Assembly (NCBI GenBank): GCA_024235895.1
Contig: JACKLM010000009.1
Coordinates: 19,380-83,379 of the forward strand
DNA from: Burkholderiaceae bacterium
GTDB taxonomy: Bacteria; Pseudomonadota; Gammaproteobacteria; Burkholderiales; Burkholderiaceae_C
DNA length: 64,000 nucleotides
Direction: 5' to 3'
Shown: piece by piece, positions 49,293 to 59,900 of the stretch
Position numbering within the stretch: the stretch's first letter is position 1
Layout: every line of letters starts with the position of its first letter
Program-made: the position numbers and the translations under genes
The notes under the pieces: model-generated
Databases searched by the model: none
What the model saw: only the letters and a program-made list of their open reading frames with translations
What the model was told of the DNA's origin: nothing

Positions 49293-50567
49293 TCAGCGGC
49301 CGGCGGCCGGTTTCGCGCCAGCCTGATCGGCCGCAGGCTGCGACACGCCGCCGGGCCCGCTCGCAGCGGGCGCACCGGCCGCCGGCGGCTTGCCGGCCGC
49401 GCCCGGCTGCCAAGGCACCGGGTTGACCGGCGCGCCGGGCACCATCATCTTCTGGAAGCCGTCGACGATCACGCGCTCGCCGGGCTGCAGCCCGCCGGTG
49501 ACGACCCAGGCCGTGCCCGAGGAGCCGGCCACCGTCACCGGCCGGCGCTGCGGCACGTTGCCCTCGCCGACGACGAGCACGGTATCGCCCTGCTGCGTCC
49601 GCGTGACCGCCTGCTGCGGGATCTTCATCGCCGCCGGCAGCGTCGCCTGCGCCAGCCGGACGCGGACATACTGCCCCGGCAGCAGCATGCCGTCGGGGTT
49701 GGGCAGCTCGGCGCGCAGCGTGATCTGGCCCGAGCTCGGGTCGACGCTGAGGTCGCTGAACAGCAGCCGACCCGGCTGCGGCAGCTCGCTGCCGTCGTCG
49801 AGGACGACGCGCACCGTCGCGCTGCCGGCGGCCGCGCCGCCCGCGCCGGCCGTGCGGCGCAGCCGCTGCAGTTCGGCGCTGGATTGCGTGAAGTTGACGT
49901 AGACGCTGCCGATCTGCTGGATCAGCGCCAGCGGCGTGGCCTCGGCGGCACTCACGAGCGTGCCCTCGGTCACGAGCGCGCGCCCGACGCGACCACCGAT
50001 CGGCGCCGTCACCTGCGTGTAGCCGAGGTTGATGCGCGCGGTCTGCACCGCCGCGCGCGCGGCGGCGACATCGGCCTCGGCGAGCCGGCGCGCCGACTCG
50101 GCATTGGCCAGGTCCTGCTCGCTGATCGCGCGCGCGGCGGCCAGCGGGCGGTAGCGCTCGGCGGTCAGCCGCGCCTGCGCGAGTGCGGCCTCGGCCTTCA
50201 GCAACGTGGCCTGCGCGCTGTCCAGCGCTGCCTGGTACGGCGCCGGATCGATGCGGAACAAGGGCTGGCCCTGCTTGATATCGCTGCCCTCGCGGAACAG
50301 CCGCTGCTGGACGACACCGTTGACGCGCGCGCGCACCTGCGCCGACCTCAGCGCCTCGACACGCCCGGGCAGCTCGGTGTCCAGCGCCACCGGCTCGGGG
50401 CGCACCTCGACGACGCCGACCGCGGCCGGCGGCATGCCGCCGCCGGGGCCACCCGGGCCACCGGATTTCGTGGGTGCGCCGCCATCGCCGCAGGCGGACA
50501 GCCCCAGCGCCAACAGCGTCGGCAGCAGAAGACGAAGGCGCAGGCGAACAGGGGCTGCAGTCGACAC
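49293..50567 (-). CDS. acrA: RND membrane fusion protein (AcrA/MexA type)
   Basis: Lipobox LGLSAC, ELPGRV, VRARVNG, LFRIDPAPYQ, APIGGRVG, LLPGQYV. GTG start at about 50567. Confidence 0.9.
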   Translation of the reverse strand: MSTAAPVRLRLRLLLPTLLALGLSACGDGGAPTKSGGPGGPGGGMPPAAVGVVEVRPEPVALDTELPGRVEALRSAQVRARVNGVVQQRLFREGSDIKQGQPLFRIDPAPYQAALDSAQATLLKAEAALAQARLTAERYRPLAAARAISEQDLANAESARRLAEADVAAARAAVQTARINLGYTQVTAPIGGRVGRALVTEGTLVSAAEATPLALIQQIGSVYVNFTQSSAELQRLRRTAGAGGAAAGSATVRVVLDDGSELPQPGRLLFSDLSVDPSSGQITLRAELPNPDGMLLPGQYVRVRLAQATLPAAMKIPQQAVTRTQQGDTVLVVGEGNVPQRRPVTVAGSSGTAWVVTGGLQPGERVIVDGFQKMMVPGAPVNPVPWQPGAAGKPPAAGAPAASGPGGVSQPAADQAGAKPAAGR

Positions 50568-50798
50568 GGGAATCGCCTCGGGTTTGCGGTGGATGCGTGG
50601 GCTCGCGGAGCGCCGGCGCGCGCTGCGTGCGGCGCGGTCGGGCAGTGTGCCGCAGGCGGGTTTCGGTTCTGTAAAGGTCCCGGACAAGCCGCAACCATTG
50701 CGGGCTCGCCGCTGGCGGCCTGCCCGGGGCGTCGGGCCGGCCGACGATGCTCGCGACGCCGCAAACCGGCGGCGCGATGCCATCCCGAATGCGGCAAG

Positions 50799-50822
50799 TA
50801 TACCTACGCCATAGAATGTAAA
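50799..50822. promoter_or_regulatory. Possible AcrR operator in the acrA/acrR divergent region
   Basis: AT-rich TATACCTACGCCATAGAATGTAAA carries an AATGTA half-site like AcrR operators; the palindrome is imperfect. Confidence 0.3.
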
Positions 50823-50867
50823 CGCCGGCGTGCCGCGCCGCCGCTGCCGCCAACCCGCCACCGACCG

Positions 50868-51521
50868 ATGCCCCGCCGCACCAAGGCCGAAGCGCAAGCC
50901 ACCCGCGCCAGCCTGCTCGATGCCGCCGAGCGGCTGTTCCAGGCGCGGGGCGTCTCGCGCACCTCGCTGCAGCAGATCGCCGACGCCGCCGGTGTCACGC
51001 GCGGCGCGGTCTACTGGCATTTCCGCGACAAGGTCGACCTCTTCGCGGCGATGATGGATCGCGCGCAGCTGCCGCTGGAGGAGCCGCCGGCGCCGCACGA
51101 GGGCACACGATCCAGCGCCGCGTCCGCTGCGATGGTGGCGTTGCGCGAGCAGCTCGTGCGCACGCTCGCGTTGATCGCCGGCGACGCGCGCGTGCGCGGG
51201 CTGCTCGAGATCGCCCTGCACAAGGTCGAGTTCGTCGACGAGCTGGCCGCGGTGCGCGAACGCCACCACCAGGCGATGGACGAGCACCGCGCGGCGATCG
51301 AGCGCTGCCTGCGGCGTGCCGGGCGACCGGCGGCGACCGCGGCCGACGAGGCGCTGGGCCTCAATGCGCTGGTCGCCGGCCTCATCCACGCCTGGATGCT
51401 GGCCCCCGGCAGCTTCGACCTCGTCGCGCGCGGGCGCAGCGCGATCGACATCTACCTCGCAGGGCTTGCGCCGCCGTCGGCGCCAGCCGCGCCGCAGCGC
51501 CGCCAGCGCAGCCGCCGATGA
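50868..51521 (+). CDS. acrR: TetR/AcrR family repressor
   Basis: MPRRTKAEAQATR, GVSRTSLQQIADAAGVTRGAVYWHF. Divergent from acrA. Confidence 0.92.
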   Translation: MPRRTKAEAQATRASLLDAAERLFQARGVSRTSLQQIADAAGVTRGAVYWHFRDKVDLFAAMMDRAQLPLEEPPAPHEGTRSSAASAAMVALREQLVRTLALIAGDARVRGLLEIALHKVEFVDELAAVRERHHQAMDEHRAAIERCLRRAGRPAATAADEALGLNALVAGLIHAWMLAPGSFDLVARGRSAIDIYLAGLAPPSAPAAPQRRQRSRR

Positions 51522-52168
51522 GGACGCCCGAGTGGTGGACCTTGTCGACCGCGCAACTCGCGGTCGAGGCGCTGGCGATCCTCGCCTTCGCGCTGTCGGG
51601 CGTCATCGAGGGCGCGCGCAAGCGGCTGGACGTGGTCGGCGTCAGCGTCGTCGCCGGCCTGGCAGCCTTCGGCGGCGGCACGCTGCGCGACGTGCTGCTG
51701 GACCGCCGGCCGCTGTTCTGGATCGAGCACCCCGGATGGCTGTGGGGCGTGCTGGCACTCGGGATCGCGGCGATGCTGCTGATGCGCGCCCGGCACCTGG
51801 CGCCGACCGAGCGCGCGATGCAGTGGCCCGACGCGATCGGGCTGGCGCTGTTCAACGCCAGCGGGCTGCAGATCGCGCTGGCCGCCGGGCTGCCGGCGCT
51901 GCCGGCGGTGCTGATGGGGGTCGTCACCGCGACCTTCGGCGGCGTGCTGCGGGACATCGTCTGCAACGAAATCCCGCACGCCTTCAGCGACCACCGGCCG
52001 TACGCCGTGTGCGCCTTCGCCGGCGGCTGGCTCGGCGTGGCCGCGGCCGGCGCCGGCATGGGCGAAGGCGGCGTGCTGCTGCTGACCGCCGTCAGCACGC
52101 TGGCGCTGCGCGCGCTGGCGGTGGTATTCGACTGGCGGCTGCCGGGCTGGCGCGACCCCGGACATTGA
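51518..52168 (+). CDS. Trimeric intracellular cation channel family membrane protein (UPF0126/YadS-like)
   Basis: AFALSG, FGGGTLRDVLL, DAIGLALF, TATFGGVLRDIVCNEIP repeats. Confidence 0.9.
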   Translation: MRTPEWWTLSTAQLAVEALAILAFALSGVIEGARKRLDVVGVSVVAGLAAFGGGTLRDVLLDRRPLFWIEHPGWLWGVLALGIAAMLLMRARHLAPTERAMQWPDAIGLALFNASGLQIALAAGLPALPAVLMGVVTATFGGVLRDIVCNEIPHAFSDHRPYAVCAFAGGWLGVAAAGAGMGEGGVLLLTAVSTLALRALAVVFDWRLPGWRDPGH

Positions 52169-52178
52169 CATCGCCCTG

Positions 52179-52201
52179 GCGTCGCACGCCAGGGCGCGTT
52201 G
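52179..52201. terminator. GC hairpin between the TRIC gene and gshA
   Basis: gccctggcg-tcgca-cgccagggc perfect 9-bp stem just after the stop codon. No U-tract. Confidence 0.35.
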
Positions 52202-52264
52202 CACCCCACAATAGGTGACCGGCTCGCGGCGGAGGCCGGCCCCGAACCAGAACGATCGCGCCCG

Positions 52265-53806
52265 ATGACCCCCGACCCCCGACTGCTGCGCGAGCGCATC
52301 GCGCGCTGGCCGACCGACCGCCTCACCGGCATGCGCCGCGGCATCGAGCGCGAAGGGCTGCGCGTGCTGCATGACGGCACGCTGGCGCTGACCCCGCACC
52401 CGGCGGCACTCGGCGCGGCGCTGACGCACCCGCACATCACGACCGACTTCAGCGAGTCGCAGCTCGAGCTGATCACCGGCGTGCACGCGACGATCGACGG
52501 CTGCCTGGGCGAGCTGCAGCGCATCCACCAGTACGTCTGGCGCAGCCTGGCCGACGAGCTGCTGTGGGCCGCCAGCATGCCGTGCACGCTGCCGGCCGAC
52601 GAGACGATCCCGGTCGCGCGCTTCGGCACCAGCAACATCGGCCGCGCCAAGAGCGTCTACCGCATCGGGCTGGGGCACCGTTACGGCAAGCGCATGCAGA
52701 CCATCTCGGGTGTGCACTACAACTGGTCGCTGCCCGGGCTCGGCAACGACGATCACTTCGCGCTGATCCGCAACTTCCGCCGCCACGGGTTCGTGCTGCT
52801 GACGCTGTTCGGCGCCTCGCCGGCGGTGTCGGCCAGCTTCGTCGCCGGACGGCCGCACGGGCTGCAGCCGCTTTCGGCGCAGACACTGGGCCTGCCGCAC
52901 GCGACCACGCTGCGCATGGGGCGGCTGGGCTACCAGAGCGACGCCCAGGCGGCGCTGGCGGTCAGCTACAACGGCCTGGAGAGTTACGCCGCATCCTTGC
53001 ACACGGCGCTGACGCGGCCGCATCCGCCGTACGAGGCGATCGGCATCCGCACCCCTGGCGGCGAGTACAACCAGCTCGCCACCAGCCTGCTGCAGATCGA
53101 GAACGAGTTCTACGGCACGATCCGCCCCAAGCGCGCGATCCGGCCCGGCGAGCGCGCGCTGCACGCGCTGCGCGACCGCGGCGTCGAGTACGTCGAGGTT
53201 CGCTGCCTGGACCTGGATCCTTTCTCGCCCGTCGGCGTGGCGGCGCCGACGCTGGCCTTCGTCGATGTCTTCCTGCTGCACTGCCTGCTCAGCGACAGCC
53301 CGCCCGACCACCCGCTCGAGATCGCGTCGCTGGCGCGCAACCAGGAGCGCACCGCCAACCAGGGGCGCGAGCCGGGGTTGATGCTGGAGTGCTGCGAGGG
53401 CGGCGTCGTCTCGCTGCAGGCCTGGGCGCTGGCGTTGGTCGAGGAGTGCGAGCCGATCGCGCAGGCGCTCGACGCCGCCTTCGGCGGCCGCACCTACGCC
53501 GACGCGGTACGCGCGGCCCGCAACGCACTGGAGAACCCGGTGCGGCTGCCGTCGGCACGCGTGCTCGACGAGATGGCGCGCGAGCACGACACGGGCTTCA
53601 ACGCCTTCGCGCGCGCGCGCTCGCGCGCCGCCGGCGAGGCCTTGCTGGCGCTGCCCTGGACGCCGTCCGAGCAGGCCCGCTTCGAGGCCTGCGCCGCGCG
53701 CTCACGACGCCAGCAGGCCGAGCTCGAGGCGGGCGAAAGCCAGCCGTTCGAGGACTACCGGCAGCACTATGTCTCGGCGCAGCGGCTGATGCCGGCGGCG
53801 GGCTGA
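52265..53806 (+). CDS. gshA: Glutamate--cysteine ligase
   Basis: RGIEREGLR, HPHITTDFSESQLELIT, MQTISGVHYNWS, LQIENEFYGTIRPK, RGVEYVEVRCLD. Confidence 0.96.
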   Translation: MTPDPRLLRERIARWPTDRLTGMRRGIEREGLRVLHDGTLALTPHPAALGAALTHPHITTDFSESQLELITGVHATIDGCLGELQRIHQYVWRSLADELLWAASMPCTLPADETIPVARFGTSNIGRAKSVYRIGLGHRYGKRMQTISGVHYNWSLPGLGNDDHFALIRNFRRHGFVLLTLFGASPAVSASFVAGRPHGLQPLSAQTLGLPHATTLRMGRLGYQSDAQAALAVSYNGLESYAASLHTALTRPHPPYEAIGIRTPGGEYNQLATSLLQIENEFYGTIRPKRAIRPGERALHALRDRGVEYVEVRCLDLDPFSPVGVAAPTLAFVDVFLLHCLLSDSPPDHPLEIASLARNQERTANQGREPGLMLECCEGGVVSLQAWALALVEECEPIAQALDAAFGGRTYADAVRAARNALENPVRLPSARVLDEMAREHDTGFNAFARARSRAAGEALLALPWTPSEQARFEACAARSRRQQAELEAGESQPFEDYRQHYVSAQRLMPAAG

Positions 53807-53898
53807 GGCCATGCCGTGGATTCGACCCCACGGCAGACGGCCGGGCGCGTTCGCGGCGATGATCTCGCCCCCTACCCCCTCCCCCACGGAGAATCCGC

Positions 53899-54507
53899 AT
53901 GAAGCTCTACTACAGCCCCGGCGCCTGCTCGCTGGCATCGCACATCGTGCTGCACGAGTCCGGCCTGCCGTTCCAGGGCGTGGTCGCCAGCACGAAGACG
54001 AAGAAGCTGGCCGACGGCAGCGACTACACGGCGATCAACCCGCTCGGCTACGTGCCGCTGCTGGAGCTCGACGACGGCCAGCACCTGCGCGAAGGCCCGG
54101 CCATCATGCAGTACGTGGCCGACCAGGTGCCGGCGAAGAACCTGATTCCGGCCTGGGGCACGATGCCGCGCTACCGCGCGATCGAGTGGCTCAACTTCAT
54201 CGCGACCGAACTGCACAAGGGCTTCTCGCCGCTGTTCATGCCGGCGATGCCCGAGGACGCGAAGGCGCTGGCGCGCACCCGGCTCGTCGACCGCCTGAAG
54301 TGGGTCGACAGCCAGCTCGAAGGCCGCGACTACCTGCTGGGCAGCGATTTCAGCGTGGCCGACGCCTACCTGTTCGTCGTCGCCGGCTGGGGCAAGTACG
54401 TCGGCGTCGACATCGCGGGGCTGCCGCACCTGGGCGCCTTCATGGCCCGCATGGCGGCACGTCCGGGCGTGCAGGCGGCGCTGAAGGCCGAGGGACTGCT
54501 GAAGTAG
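53899..54507 (+). CDS. gstA: Glutathione S-transferase (beta class)
   Basis: MKLYYSPGACSLASHIVL, NPLGYVP, EGPAIMQY, FSVADAYL. Confidence 0.93.
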   Translation: MKLYYSPGACSLASHIVLHESGLPFQGVVASTKTKKLADGSDYTAINPLGYVPLLELDDGQHLREGPAIMQYVADQVPAKNLIPAWGTMPRYRAIEWLNFIATELHKGFSPLFMPAMPEDAKALARTRLVDRLKWVDSQLEGRDYLLGSDFSVADAYLFVVAGWGKYVGVDIAGLPHLGAFMARMAARPGVQAALKAEGLLK

Positions 54508-54529
54508 GCGCCAGGCCGCCTCGTCCCGT

Positions 54530-54606
54530 TGGTCGGGGTGACACGATTCGAACGTGCGACCCACTGCTCCCAAAGCAGTTGCGCTACCAGGCTGCGCCAC
54601 ACCCCG
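54530..54606 (-). tRNA. tRNA-Pro (anticodon TGG)
   Basis: CGGGGTGTGGCGCAGCCTGGTAGCGCAACTGCTTTGGGAGCAGTGGGTCGCACGTTCGAATCGTGTCACCCCGACCA: 77 nt, cloverleaf, GTTCGAA T-loop, encoded CCA. Confidence 0.97.
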
Positions 54607-54610
54607 AGGA

Positions 54611-55222
54611 TCAGGATTCTACGGTGCGGGCGTCGACGTCGACGATCTCACCGCCCGCGGCTGCGGCAGCGCCTGCCGCCGCGCCACGCGGCGCCGGCAG
54701 CGCGAGCTGGCGCGCGACCTCGGCGCACTGGCGGATGTGCAGCTCGCAGACGTAGCGCAGCGCCGAGTAGGTCAGCGCCGCCGAGACCGCCTGCCCGGCC
54801 AGCGGCACGTACTTGGCCACCTGCTGCGTCGTCAGCCGCACGCCGACGAGCTTGAGCATGCGCAGCACCAGCTCGCGCGTGACGACCTTGCCGATCAGCA
54901 TCCCGCCGCCGGCGCTGACCGCCTTGTAGACGACGATGCGGCGCTCGGGTGCGAGTCGCTCGACCTGCTCGGGCGACAACCCGAACTCGGCGCTGATGCG
55001 CGGCAGCAGCTTGACGAGGATGGCGACGTCGGTCGCCCAGTCCAGCCCCGGCAGCGGGACGACCGCCACCCCGGCGGCCAGCAGCGCGCGCCGGCCGACC
55101 AGGCGCCGGCTGCGCGCGATCGCGGCGGCGATCGCAGGGTCGGCCGTGGCGTCGCGCGCGGCGCTGCCGCGCCGACGTCGCTCAGGCGATCGGCCGGTCG
55201 CTGACGACGACGCCGTCTGCAT
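54611..55222 (-). CDS. Conserved hypothetical protein (DUF697/EcsC-like: AVVPLPGLDWATD, KYVPLAGQ)
   Basis: Protein-like core from about 55130 to 54680. The only near in-frame ATG (55222) overlaps rraA, so the start is uncertain. Confidence 0.65.
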   Translation of the reverse strand: MQTASSSATGRSPERRRRGSAARDATADPAIAAAIARSRRLVGRRALLAAGVAVVPLPGLDWATDVAILVKLLPRISAEFGLSPEQVERLAPERRIVVYKAVSAGGGMLIGKVVTRELVLRMLKLVGVRLTTQQVAKYVPLAGQAVSAALTYSALRYVCELHIRQCAEVARQLALPAPRGAAAGAAAAAGGEIVDVDARTVES

Positions 55223-55676
55223 CGGCACACAGCCAGTCGCCGGGGCGCACCCACACGCCCTCGATCTGCACCGCCAGGTCGACGTCGCCGGCGCGTTTGC
55301 GCTCGGTCGGCATCGGGATCGTGGCCAGCGCCAGCAGCCCGACCTCGGCCGCGGCCAGCTCGGCGACGTCGCGCACCGCGCCGTGGACGACGACGCCGGC
55401 CCAGCCGTTTCGCGCCGCCGCCGCGGCGATATTGCCACCGACCAGCGCACGCCGCAGCGAGCCGCCGCCGTCGACGACCAGCACCGCGCCGTCGCCCGGG
55501 GCTTCCAGCAGCGCCTTGACCGAGGTGTTGTCCTCGAAGCAGCGCACGGTGCGAACACGGCCGTGAAAGGCCGGTCGGCCACCGAAGTGGCGGAACACCG
55601 GCGGCAGCACGCGGAATCCGCCGTCGCTGTCGCCCTTGCGGGCGTCGCACAGGTCGCAGGTCGAGATCGTGCTCAT
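55182..55676 (-). CDS. rraA: RraA/MenG-like protein (HMG aldolase family)
   Basis: STCDLCD, VRCFEDN, LVVDGGGSLRRALVGG, GAVRD. Confidence 0.93.
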   Translation of the reverse strand: MSTISTCDLCDARKGDSDGGFRVLPPVFRHFGGRPAFHGRVRTVRCFEDNTSVKALLEAPGDGAVLVVDGGGSLRRALVGGNIAAAAARNGWAGVVVHGAVRDVAELAAAEVGLLALATIPMPTERKRAGDVDLAVQIEGVWVRPGDWLCADADGVVVSDRPIA

Positions 55677-55695
55677 CGCTTCGCCGTCGCCGCCC

Positions 55696-56196
55696 TCACT
55701 GCGGCGGGATGCGCAGCACCTGGCCCGGGTAGATCTTGTCCGGGTCCTGGAGCATCGGCTTGTTGGCCTCGAAGATCACCGGGTACTTGTTGGCATTGCC
55801 GTAGAACTTCTTGGCGATCGCCGACAGCGTGTCGCCGCGCACGACGGTGTGGTACTGCGCCTCGGGCGCAGGGGTCTGCACCGTCATCATGTCGTTGACC
55901 TTCTCGACCCCGGCCACGTTGCCGCAGCACAGCAGGATCTTCTCCTTGGTCGCCTGGTCGGGCACGTTGCCGTCGACGGTGACGGTGGCACTCGGGGCGT
56001 CGAAGGCGATGTTCAGCCCGCTGGCTTCGATGCCCTGGGCCTTGATGTAGCCGCGGATCGCCTCGGCGGCGGCCGCGCTCATCGCCGCGACGTTCTCCGG
56101 CGTCGGCGCCTTCTTGACCGCCTCCTCGGCGGCCTTGGCCTGGCCGATGCCGAACAGCTTCTCGCCCGCATCCTTGATGAATCCTAGCAGTCCCAT
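55696..56196 (-). CDS. ygaU: BON + LysM protein (Kbp/YgaU type)
   Basis: MGLLGFIKDAGEKLFG, ILLCCGNVAGVEKV, LysM HTVVRGDTLSAIAKKFYGNANKYPVIFEAN. Confidence 0.92.
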   Translation of the reverse strand: MGLLGFIKDAGEKLFGIGQAKAAEEAVKKAPTPENVAAMSAAAAEAIRGYIKAQGIEASGLNIAFDAPSATVTVDGNVPDQATKEKILLCCGNVAGVEKVNDMMTVQTPAPEAQYHTVVRGDTLSAIAKKFYGNANKYPVIFEANKPMLQDPDKIYPGQVLRIPPQ

Positions 56197-56470
56197 GCTT
56201 TCCTCCTGGTTTCGTGTGGTGGTGCAGCTGCGACTCTAGCGCAGCCTGGCGACAACCCCGTGGCAACCCAGCGCGGCCACGCAAGCAGCGCCAGCGAGTC
56301 GCCACGGCGACGCGATCCGCGCCCGGCGGCCGCGGCCCACCGCGCGCGAACCGGGCCGGCACCACGGCACGGCGATCACGCGGCCTGGCATCGCCCGCAC
56401 CTACGGCGTCAGCGGCGCGGCGGGTGCGGATGCGGCATCGGGCGCAGGAATGAGCCTCGATCGGCCGCCC

Positions 56471-56938
56471 TCATCGCGAGATATGGCCCGACTGGCCGTC
56501 CTGTGCGGTCGTCCCACTCCGCGCGAGCGGCGTGAAGCGCGCCTGCACGGGCGCATCGTCCGACAGGGTGACGGAGACGACGGCCTTAATGCCAGGTGTC
56601 GCCGCGTACCGGGCCATGCCCTTCAGGCGGTTGTCGCCATCCGGCTGCAGTGCCGCGGTGACCTTGGTCTTGCCGGACAGCACGGTTGCGTGGCCCGTGG
56701 CGCCGCCTGTCTGGATCTTCGTGCCGGCGTGGTCGGTGACGTAGACGAGCACGGGGCTGTCTTGGGTTTCCTTCGCATCCTGGGCCAGCACCAGTTCGAG
56801 GTGGTAGGCTCCGGCCATGCGCAGCTGACCCCCGTGCGGCGCATTCTGCTCGTCCAGCGTCGCGTCGTCGTGCGCCAGGGTCGCTCCGGCGCCGAAGGTC
56901 AAGGCCATCGCGGCGACGATCGAAACCATGCTTTTCAT
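56471..56938 (-). CDS. Secreted His-rich putative metal-binding protein
   Basis: Signal peptide ending ATLA followed by HDD..PHGGQL..YHLELV. Last gene of the metal RND operon. Confidence 0.75.
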   Translation of the reverse strand: MKSMVSIVAAMALTFGAGATLAHDDATLDEQNAPHGGQLRMAGAYHLELVLAQDAKETQDSPVLVYVTDHAGTKIQTGGATGHATVLSGKTKVTAALQPDGDNRLKGMARYAATPGIKAVVSVTLSDDAPVQARFTPLARSGTTAQDGQSGHISR

Positions 56939-56960
56939 CGGTTCTCCTTTTCGGTCCAGG

Positions 56961-59900
56961 TCAAAAGCTCGTCTGTTCCTTCTGTGCCAGCAGGCGCCCG
57001 AGCGGCTTCTCGCCCCACAAGCGGAACATCACAGGCGTAAGCAGGCTGTCCAGCAGGGTGGAGCTCACCAGGCCGCCGAAGATCACCACGGCCACCGGAT
57101 GCAGGACTTCCTTGCCCGGCGCGTCGGCCGAGACCAGTAGCGGCACCAGCGCGAAGGCCGCCACAAGCGCCGTCATCAGCACTGGCGTGAGGCGTTCCAG
57201 CGAGCCGCGCACGATCATGCGGTCGCCGAAAGTCTCGCCCTCGAAGGCGCACAGGTTGACGTAGTGGCTGATCTTCAGGATGCCGTTGCGCGTGGCGATG
57301 CCGGTCAGCGTGATGAACCCGACCAGCGCGGCCACCGACAGCGGCTGGCCGGAGATCCACAGCGCCACCACGCTGCCGACCAGCGCCAGCGGGATGTTGC
57401 CCATGATGATGGCCGTCAGCACCGCCGAGCGGTAGCGGCTGTAGAGCACCAGGAAGATCATGGTCAGCGATACCAGCGCCAGCAGGGCGATCAGCCGCGC
57501 CGCGTCCTCCTGCGCCTGGAACTGCCCTTCCAGCGCGATGAAGTAGCCCTCGGGCATCGCGCGTGCGGCCAGTTCCGCCCGGATGTCCGCGATCACCTGC
57601 GACATGTCGCGGCCGTCGGTGTTGGCCGACAGCACGATGCGCCGGCGCGAGTTCTCGCGGCTGACCTGGTTCGGCCCTTCGCTGTCCTCGATGGTGGCCA
57701 GTCGCGACAGCGGCACGTGGCCTGACGGCGTCTCGATCAGGAGCTTGCGCAGCGCCTGCAGCCCGCGCCCGGACTCCGGCAGTCGCACGACGAGGTCGAA
57801 GCGCCGGTTGCCTTCGACGATCTGGGTGATGCGCTCGCCCTCGATCATCTGCTCCAGCGAACGCAGCAGCGCTCCCGGCGCGACGCCGTGGCGCGCCGCC
57901 TGCTCGTAGTCCACGCGGATCTTGATCTGCGGGATGAGCACCTGCTTCTCGATCTGCAGATCGGTCACGCCGGCGATCCGGGACAGCCGCGCGCGATGGT
58001 CCTCGGCCAGGCCGCGCAGCGTGTCGAGGTCGTCGCCGTAGATCTTTAGCGCGATCTGCGCGCGCACGCCGGACAGCAGGTGGTCCAGGCGGTGCGAGAT
58101 CGGCTGGCCGACATTGCTCGCCGCCGGCAGCCGGGCCAGGCGCGCGCGCAGCTCGCCGATGATGGCCTCGCGGCTGCGCGCCGAGGGATCGAGGTCGACG
58201 TCGAGCTCGCTGTAGTGCACGCCCTCGGCATGCTCGTCGAGCTCGGCGCGGCCGGTGCGGCGGCCGACCAGGGTCACCTCGGGCACCTGGGCGATGAGCT
58301 TCTCGGCCGCCTCGCCGATGCGGTTCGATTCCGCCAGCGAGGTGCCGGGGTCGAGCAGCACATTGACCGTCAACGTTCCCTCGTTGAACGGTGGCAGGAA
58401 GGAGCGCGGAAAGTACGGCACGCTGGCCGCCGCGGCGACGACCGCCACCAGGGCCACCGCCAGCAGCACCCGGCTGCGGCCGAACGACCAGTGAAGCAGC
58501 CTGGCGTCCCAGCGCTTGAGCCCGTTCACCAGCGGGCTGTCGCCGGCGTGCAGCTTCTTCATGCGCGGCAGCAGGTAGTACGCGAGCACGGGCGTCACCG
58601 TGACCGAGACGATCATGCTCGCGAGGATGGAGACGATGTAGGCCACGCCCAGCGGCGTGAACAGCCGGCCTTCGATGCCCGGCAGCACGAAGAGCGGCAC
58701 GAAGACCAGCACGATGATGAGGGTGGCGTAGACGATCGCCGAGCGCACCTCCAGGGTCGCCGCCGCGATCACTTCGGCCACCGGCCGCGGGGAGGGCTGC
58801 GCGCGGTTGATCTTGAGCCGGCGCAGCACGTTTTCGACGCCCACGACCGCATCGTCGACCAGCTCGCCGATGGCGATCGCCAGCCCGCCGAGGGTCATGG
58901 TATTGATCGACAGCCCGAAGTAGCGAAAGACCAGCGCCGTCATCAGCAGCGACAACGGAATCGCCGCCAGCGAGATGAGCGTGGTGCGCACGTTGAGCAG
59001 GAACAGGAACAGGATCACCGCGACCAGGATCGCGCCGTCGCGCAGCGCCTCCTCGACGTTGGCCACCGAGTTCTCGATGAAGTTGGCCTGCTTGAAGAGA
59101 AACTGCGGCGCCTCGACGCCTGGTGGCAGGCCCCTGCGAAGCTCGTCGAGCGCGCGCTCGACCTCGCGCGTGAGCTGCACGCTGTCGGCCGCGGGCTGCT
59201 TCTGCACCGACAGGATCACCGCCGGCCGGCCGTTGTAGCCGGCGTCGCCGCGCTTGATCGCGGGGGCGACCTTCACTTCGGCCACCTGGTCGAGCAGGAT
59301 CGGCTGGCCGTTCTTCACGGCCACGACCAGTTTCCGCAGGTCCTCGATGCGGCTGGTGCGGCCGATCTGGCGGATCAGATATTCGCGGCCCTGCGACTCG
59401 AGAAAGCCCCCGCTGGTGTTGGCGCCGAAATCCCTCAGCGCCGCCTCCAGCCGCTCGCGTTCGACACCCAGCGCCTGCAGCTGCGACGGCTCGATTTCCA
59501 CGCGGTACTGCCGCACCTCGCCGCCGATCGGGATCACCTGGGCGATGCCGGGAACCGTCAGCAGCCGCGGCCGCATCACCCAGTCGGCATACTCGCGCAC
59601 CTGCATCGGGCTGACCTTGGCCGGGTCGGCGGGCAGCGCGATCAGCAGGATCTCGCCCATGATCGACGAGATCGGACCGAGCTGGGGCACGATGCCCTCG
59701 GGCAGTTGCTCGCGTACCAGGTTCAGCCGCTCGCTGATCTGCTGGCGGTTGCGATAGATATCCGAGCCCCACTCGAACTCGACGTAGACGATCGACAGGC
59801 CAACGCCGGAGACCGAGCGCACCCGGGTCACGCCGGGCATGCCGTTCATGCTCGACTCGATCGGGAAGGTGACGAGCTGCTCCACCTCCTCCGGCGCCAT

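Noticed and set aside
44635-50853. 2072-aa ORF, and other giant ORFs in the track (46983-51521, 12666-16199, 17901-21353, 18467-21691, 35767-38718)
   Set aside because: These are stop-poor alternative frames of GC-rich genes. Only the terminal portions are real genes (oprM-like, acrR, potG, puuD); the rest is Arg/Ala/Pro/Gly-rich shadow translation.
53809-53838. Hairpin gccgtgg-attcgaccc-cacggc resembling a tRNA T-arm or REP
   Set aside because: No cloverleaf and no second copy was seen in the window; most likely a simple intergenic hairpin after gshA.
54530-54606. tRNA-Pro as the integration site of the metal block
   Set aside because: The tRNA 3' end faces gst, away from the block, and three ordinary genes separate them.
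56237-56249. tagcgcagcctgg resembling the tRNA-Pro D-arm near the metal-block boundary (possible att remnant)
   Set aside because: Only 11 nt match the window's tRNA, in the opposite orientation, and they come from the 5' part rather than the 3' end normally duplicated on integration. A chance match is likely.
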